Shown here: positions 35,764 to 64,000 of the stretch, piece by piece
Layout: each line of letters begins with the position of its first letter
Position numbering within the stretch: the stretch's first letter is position 1
From: Tubiluchus corallicola
Lineage: Eukaryota; Animalia; Priapulida
Assembly (NCBI GenBank): GCA_030141605.1
Contig: JAQGDQ010000547.1
Coordinates: 62,001 to 126,000 of the forward strand
Direction of reading: 5' to 3'
Length of the DNA stretch: 64,000 nt
Notes under the pieces: model-generated
Told to the model about the DNA's origin: nothing
Database searches by the model: none
What the model saw: only the letters and a program-made list of their open reading frames with translations
Translations under genes and position numbers: made by a program

Positions 35764-36023
35764 CTTTATAATATAAACGATGTATAAGAGAAAACTACAT
35801 TACAAAATGATGATTAATCATTTACGATGAGACAGACAGGCTGTATAACATTTTTGAATTGACAAAACTATAAAATAAATCAAAGCAAATTATTTCCAAT
35901 AATCTATAAATGTCAGTGTTCATGAATCAAAATATTAGATGGTGATATTTACAATTCATTAGTGACTAGTACTAATAATTTATCAATCACACAATTAGTA
36001 GATGCGCAAATATAATAGACTTT

Positions 36024-36695
36024 ATATTGGTTTTTCATGTTAAATGTAGACCCGCGTTAACTCAAATGTAGATTTAGGTAATTCACATGTGTCTTGGTAA
36101 CTCAAATGTAGATTTAGGTAATTCAAATGTGTTAACAATGGTTTTCAAGAAATCTTAAGCGTTTCTGGTAAGTCAAATGTAGACACATGTCAAGTCAAAT
36201 GTGACATTGGTATCTCAAATGTGGATAGGTGGTAAAATTTAAGAATGTTAAATTTAATCTTCTTTAATTTAAATTTAATAATTGCTCTTAAGTTAAATCT
36301 TAAGCGCTTTTGGTAAGTCAAATGTAGACAAAATGTTTTTGTAAAACGTTGACAAATAAAATGCAGAATGGTGTATATATTAATAAGTGTATAATCGTTA
36401 ACTTATTTATGTACAACACTTTTAAGTTTTCTTATCGTTTTAAAAAACATTTTGTTTATATTTGAAAAATGTATTAACGTTCATACAAATAGTTGCAAAT
36501 TAATTAAATATAATAAAAATTGATGCTGCCGATAGCACCATGACCGTAAAATATAATTTTAATTTGGTTTATCTTTTTGTAATTTGCACTTAAATAAGTT
36601 AATTACCGATTTATTCAAAGTACCGCATCTACATTTGACTTACCTAAGTCACATTTGAACTTTCCTGTGTCTACGTTTGACGTGTAAAACCTATA
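36024..36695. mobile_element. MITE related to 25228-25541
   Basis: Shared termini and tcaaatgtaga subterminal repeats. Confidence 0.75.
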
Positions 36696-37244
36696 TATAG
36701 TTTTCATATTAGACTTGGAGAAAGTAAAATTAATAATAAATCTGGCACCTTTTCGAAAACCAAGAACTTATTGTTGGATTTACAAGATTAGTGGCCCAGC
36801 TGTGTTCTCAAAAGTGCAAACTTTTCTGACGACAACGGTAACTTCACATTTTACAAAAATGATCAGGGGTTATTACAAAACTAGTTACACTTTTACTAGT
36901 GACAACTCTTTGTAAAAATGGCATGTATTTTTTAAACTGGCTAATGTTTTCAAAATTAGTTAGCAGTTTTTTAACAAAGCAGAAATTTTTTTGACAAAAA
37001 TGATATGTTTTGCTTTTACAATAGTGAGCAAGATTTTTTTTACAAAATTAGTGGCATTTTTACCGAAGTGGCTATTCTTTTTACAAAACGTGGTGACTTT
37101 TTACAACGTGATAATTTTTTACAATTTAGGTCGCAATAACTACCCGTAGAAGCACCAAAACTATAGCAAAATTGGACGTGGTTTTAACGAAGTCCTCTTG
37201 ATCTTGAGTCTGGTCTTGAAAGTAGACACCAAGACAATAGGATT

Positions 37245-59381
<22,137 letters not shown>

Positions 59382-59768
59382 CTGAAAGAAAACAGTTTGT
59401 TACTAAAAAGTTAATAGCTAGTTCACAATACGTCACACTGCACTTGCGCTAAGATATACAAAGTGCGGTAATGGTTCATAAATGTTCTTCAAACATCTAT
59501 ACTATTTGCAGAAAGCTTTAGAGTGTGATAATGGTTAGTCTTCATGCTGAATCTTCACAAGCCACTCTTCCTATCCTTTTGAACATTCTTTTATCCATCA
59601 CTTCTATCCTTGCTTTGCACAACTCGTTTTTTTTAAATTGCCTAAAACCTTCGGTTTTTTCTTCTTTTTTCTCATTATTTGGACGTGTTTATAATGGCAC
59701 AAGCACTTAACAAGTTTTACTTCTGGTTCTTGCCATTTATTATATGCACACTGCCATATAATCATTAT

Positions 59769-60603
59769 TATTAATATCTATTTTTCCCAGTGTTTCTAGA
59801 TATTGTATTTTCATTTCCATTAATGTCTATTTTTCTCAGTGTTTCTAGATATTGTATTTGCATGTCCATTAATATGTATTTTTCTCAGTGTTTCTAGATA
59901 TTGTATTTGCATGTCCATTAATGTCTATTTTTCCCAGTGTTTCTAGATATTGTATTTTCATTTCCATTAATGTCTATTTTTCTCAGTGTTTCTAGATATT
60001 GTATTTGCATGTCCATTAATATCTATTTTTCTCAGTGTTTCTAGATATTGTATTTGCATGTCCATTAATGTCTATTTTTCTCAGTGTTTCTAGATATTGT
60101 ATTTGCATTTCCATTAATGTCTATTTTTCCCAGTGTTTCTAGATATTGTATTTGCATTTCCATTAATGTCTATTTTTCTCAGTGTTTCTAGATATTGTAT
60201 TTGCATGTCCATTAATGTCTATTTTTCCCAATGTTTCTAGATATTGTATTTGCATTTCCATTAATGTCTATTTTTCTCAGTGTTTCTAGATATTGTATTT
60301 GCATTTCCATTAATGTCTATTTTTCCCAATGTTTCTAGATATTGTATTTGCATTTCCATTAATGTCTATTTTTCTCAGTGTTTCTAGATATTGTATTTGC
60401 ATTTCCATTAATGTCTATTTTTCCCAGTGTTTCTAGATATTGTATTTGCATTTCCATTAAAGTCTATTTTTCCCAGTGTTTCTAGATATTGTATTTGCAT
60501 GTCCATTAATGTCTATTTTTCCCAGTGTTTCTAGATATTGTATTTGCATTTCCATTAGTGTCTATTTTTCCCAGTGTTTCTAGATATTGTATTTGCATGT
60601 CCA
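59769..60603. repeat. 49-bp minisatellite, ~17 copies
   Basis: Unit ttaatgtctatttttcccagtgtttctagatattgtatttgcatttcca. Confidence 0.95.
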
Positions 60604-60924
60604 AATAAATTTATTGTTATTATTATAAATTATAGCACAAATATTACATGAAAATAGTGAAATACTTCAAGCAATAAGCCAATCTATCATCACCTCGTGA
60701 AAAGCAACATACACCATGATGAAACGGCTAAAAGCGAATTAAAGCTATCGAGTCATCTTAGATAAAACCAAGCTAATCATTTATTCTTGAGCAAATAAAC
60801 AGCTTTAATGCCCATGATATCTAGTGAGTCGCACAAAAAATGCTCATACATGTATAACACAGTTATAAATTTGCCATGCGCTTACAGATCTAAGTTTTAA
60901 TGATTTTTTTTACCTGCCTGCCTA

Positions 60925-61262
60925 GTTGAGGTGCCATACTTATAAGTCGTACAAAAATTATTGTAGTATTGATGTTTTCAATTACTCTTTTGCGAACAGG
61001 GTGATCAATATGTGGAACAGTTTACCGTCTGAGATTATCATTGCTAACAACTTTCATTTAAACTGCTTACATTTGATTTTAATCCTTTTTGTAAATTTAA
61101 TAGAAATAATTAATTAATGCGGGCCACCCTAATTGCATTCATGCCTGGTGGCTTTTATCCTTTCCTATCTAATTATACATTAGCTAATCATACTTATTTG
61201 TAAGATTTTATTGTAAATGTAATATTGCATAATTTGGATTGAACAAATCTAATCTAATCTAA
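60925..61262 (+). mobile_element. CR1-like LINE 3' end with (AATCT)n tail
   Basis: RCHTYKSYK..FNYSFANRVINMWNSLPSEI; tail aatctaatctaatct. Confidence 0.75.
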
Positions 61263-62609
61263 ATGGATTACCATGGCTACTGGGTACCGTGTTTCGCGTT
61301 TATGAACTGTATTTAAAATAACGAAAGAAATTAAGCAATGATAAAATAATTGATGTCTCAGCTGCTTAGGACTAACTTATTTCATTGATTTAGTACAATT
61401 CAGACCACAACTTGCTTTGCATTTTGGTTTAAGGTAGAACGGTTGTGACAGGACCAGAATCTAGATCACTAATGAGATGAGTTGTGTCTCAGGCATGTTC
61501 ACATGTATCACTTGTGGTTTTGATTACAAGCAAAGTTCCTAACCTTATTACCACTTGTTTAAGCTGCTTGAAACAGATTGCAAAGCTCACTCTAAGAAAT
61601 CAAACTACGTTACATTACTTACTAGTGTCAGCTGTCGGAAGCTCAAACTTTGGTCCTAAACTTCTTGTATCTGTAACGCAGGTCTCAATTTAACACGTTA
61701 ACGATGTTTACAACGTTAGAAATAATGTAACAAGAATAAAATCTAACAGATGACAGTGGCTCTATAATCAAAGGGAAAAATGATAACTACAAAGGGAGTG
61801 ACAGCAAATGTTACATGAACACTCTAGTGCGTACTTCAGTTTGTCGTGATACTTAGTGATGAACAGAAAATTGAGCTGCCACTCAAAACATATTAATTCC
61901 AGTGAAACGGCTACAGTTACTTAAGCTTCTTACTAAGTACATTTTGATGCAAGCATAGTAAAACATTCAAGCATGAAATTTATTTATAATTAAAAAAATG
62001 AGCATGTTACATTAATAACAGAACCTTGATAAAATACGCCATCAAAATGCAAAACCGGAAAGAAAAAATAATTACCAAGAAAGGGCGGTAGTTTGGCGTC
62101 ATTGCATCTCCCAAGATGCTTATCCACACTCGTAATAGTCGTTTGCAAAGCTTGTGGTAAGCCTATATGGATAGAGAAAATAGAAATAACAAGATAAGGG
62201 CTACTCATAAGTCATTTATTTCACATTACACATTTACAATAGTTTCATGTACAATATGTAGTGAAAGGGCCTACAATGAACATAATACAAGTAAGAAATA
62301 CTGCACAGGAAAAGCCTCAAACACTGTTCACCTATATACGAATGTAAATGTGTTGCGGGTAATCAAAAAGCAGGGCTTGTTAGATTAGATTGTCCCACAC
62401 AGTGAAAGAAAAAAAAAGTAATGGAAATAATCTGAAAATTTAAAGTGAATCGTGTGATAAAAAAACATTGGTGCTTAAAATGGACTCCTCCAATTTACAC
62501 ACGTACTTTCACTCATACGATACTCGACATACTTGCACTTTATTGGATTTGTTGTTCAGAAATGTACTGTTTCATGCTTTGCAGGGATTTTTGTTACCAA
62601 TGATAATTG

Positions 62610-63117
62610 CAGGGATGAGAATGACAAATTGCAAAAACTCTGAAATAGGCCGGGGGTTTGGCGGCCGCGTAGGCCCCCATGGGGGTTCAAGGGGGCAAAG
62701 CAACAAATTGCAATCTTGTGACCATAGAGAGCCTCTAAGTGGACTTAAAATATCAATTACCTTGTTTCAAGCATAATTTAAAATACCCAACTATCAAGGA
62801 TACATGATACCTAATTGTCTCAAAAACGCCTAAGTACTGGCCGCTCCTATGCAAAAGTATATAAAAACTGTCTGCAATTGACTCAAATAACTCCGCACAA
62901 TTGATTCTATATTTTTATACATAAAGATATACACGTGGTTACACTGATGTATGTGATGTAAACAAAGTGACGGCCTGCCACCTAGCGGTCAGCTTGTGAA
63001 ATAATGTACTGGGTCCGTGAAAATTTTATCAACGAATTTACGCGATTTACAAAAATGGCACTACTGGTCTTCCAAAAACTCGGAATTCCGCGTATCCGCG
63101 GAAAATTCTCATCCCTG
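62610..63117. mobile_element. MITE family A copy
   Basis: taattg|cagggatgagaat ... attctcatccctg|gaattg. Confidence 0.9.
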
Positions 63118-63279
63118 GAATTGATAAAAACTCAAATGATGGACAAATCAAAAAGGTTTTGTCACGTAGCAGAATTTTAATAAATTGCGGTGCTACTAAC
63201 TGGGTGTAGACACTCACACTCCTACGAATCATGCTGCAACAAACCCAGAGGACTACAGAAAAGCAGAGGCACTTCAGGA

Positions 63280-64000
63280 GAATTTTGTGTTAATAAAATA
63301 AGTGCCCAAGTAAAAATACACAAAACTATTTATAGTTTCAAAAAGTACTTGAAAAGGACCATTTTTGATTCATACTTATAATACAATATTAATGGTTCAA
63401 TGTCTCATGCAGTCGCAATATATGGCCTCCAATCAATTATAATGCTATTTTAATATAGGTCTATGTAAATTAAACATACAATGTGGTCGTTTCTTCTCCT
63501 CTTTTCCTTCTTCCTATCCCTAATCTTACTATTTTTTTCCATTCCATCATGTCTACTAACCCTAACCATTCTTTCACTCACTCATCCTCCCCTCCCTTCC
63601 TTCTTCCTATCTCTGATCTTACTATTTTTTTCCATTCCATCATGTCTACTAACCCTAACCATTCATTCACTCACTTATCCTCTCATCCCTTCCTTCTTCC
63701 TATCCCTAATCTTACTATTTTTTTTCCATTCCATCATGTCTACTAACCCTAACCATTCATTCACTCACTCATCCTCTCATCCCTTCCTTCTTCCTATCCC
63801 TAATCTTACTATTTTTTTCCATTCCATCATGTCTACTAACCCTAACCATTCTTTCATTCACTCATTTGTGCCACACTAACAAGCCAAGCTTTCAAGGTGT
63901 CATACAGCAACTCTTTTATTTGGTTAATTTGACTTCATCAACGTTTTTTTACCTATACAGTTTCTTTTTGTTTCAATAATATTGTATGTTGATGTATTGT
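63280..64000 (+). mobile_element. LINE 3' end (same family as 41117-41580), interrupted at ~63497-63922
   Basis: Reverse-complement identity with 41290-41580 on both sides of the insert. Confidence 0.8.
63503..63865. repeat. ~93-bp tandem repeat, 4 copies, within the insert
   Basis: ttcctatc(c/t)ct starts at 63511, 63604, 63697 and 63791. Confidence 0.9.

Noticed and set aside
59769-60603. Acceptor-like tttttcccag in every 49-bp unit
   Set aside because: It is on the plus strand while the host gene is on the minus strand, and no adjoining exon was found.
63503-63865. Telomeric repeat (ctaaccctaacc)
   Set aside because: There are only about two hexamers per 93-bp unit, inside a retroelement-like insert; this is not a telomeric tract.

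Overview
AT-rich, intron-rich eukaryotic DNA, probably from an invertebrate animal; the taxon cannot be fixed from the sequence. I assembled four spliced protein-coding genes by hand using GT-AG sites and exon-phase continuity: the last exon of 5-aminolevulinate synthase (ALAS, +), a complete 5-exon UBE2N/Ubc13 (-, 152 aa), a complete 9-exon Src42A/FRK-type tyrosine kinase (+, 550 aa), and a GTSE1-family microtubule-associated protein (-, at least 12 coding exons, N-terminus unresolved). Introns and UTRs are filled with hAT-like and pogo-like MITEs, non-autonomous Helitrons, decayed CR1/L2-like and RTE retroelements, a 5S-rRNA-headed SINE, and many young mini- and microsatellites. The most striking observation is a 56-bp tandem array in the Src gene built from the intron/exon junction itself, which places 21 near-identical decoy 3' splice sites directly upstream of the true acceptor of an SH2 exon. 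All homology calls come from motif recognition; no database searches were run.
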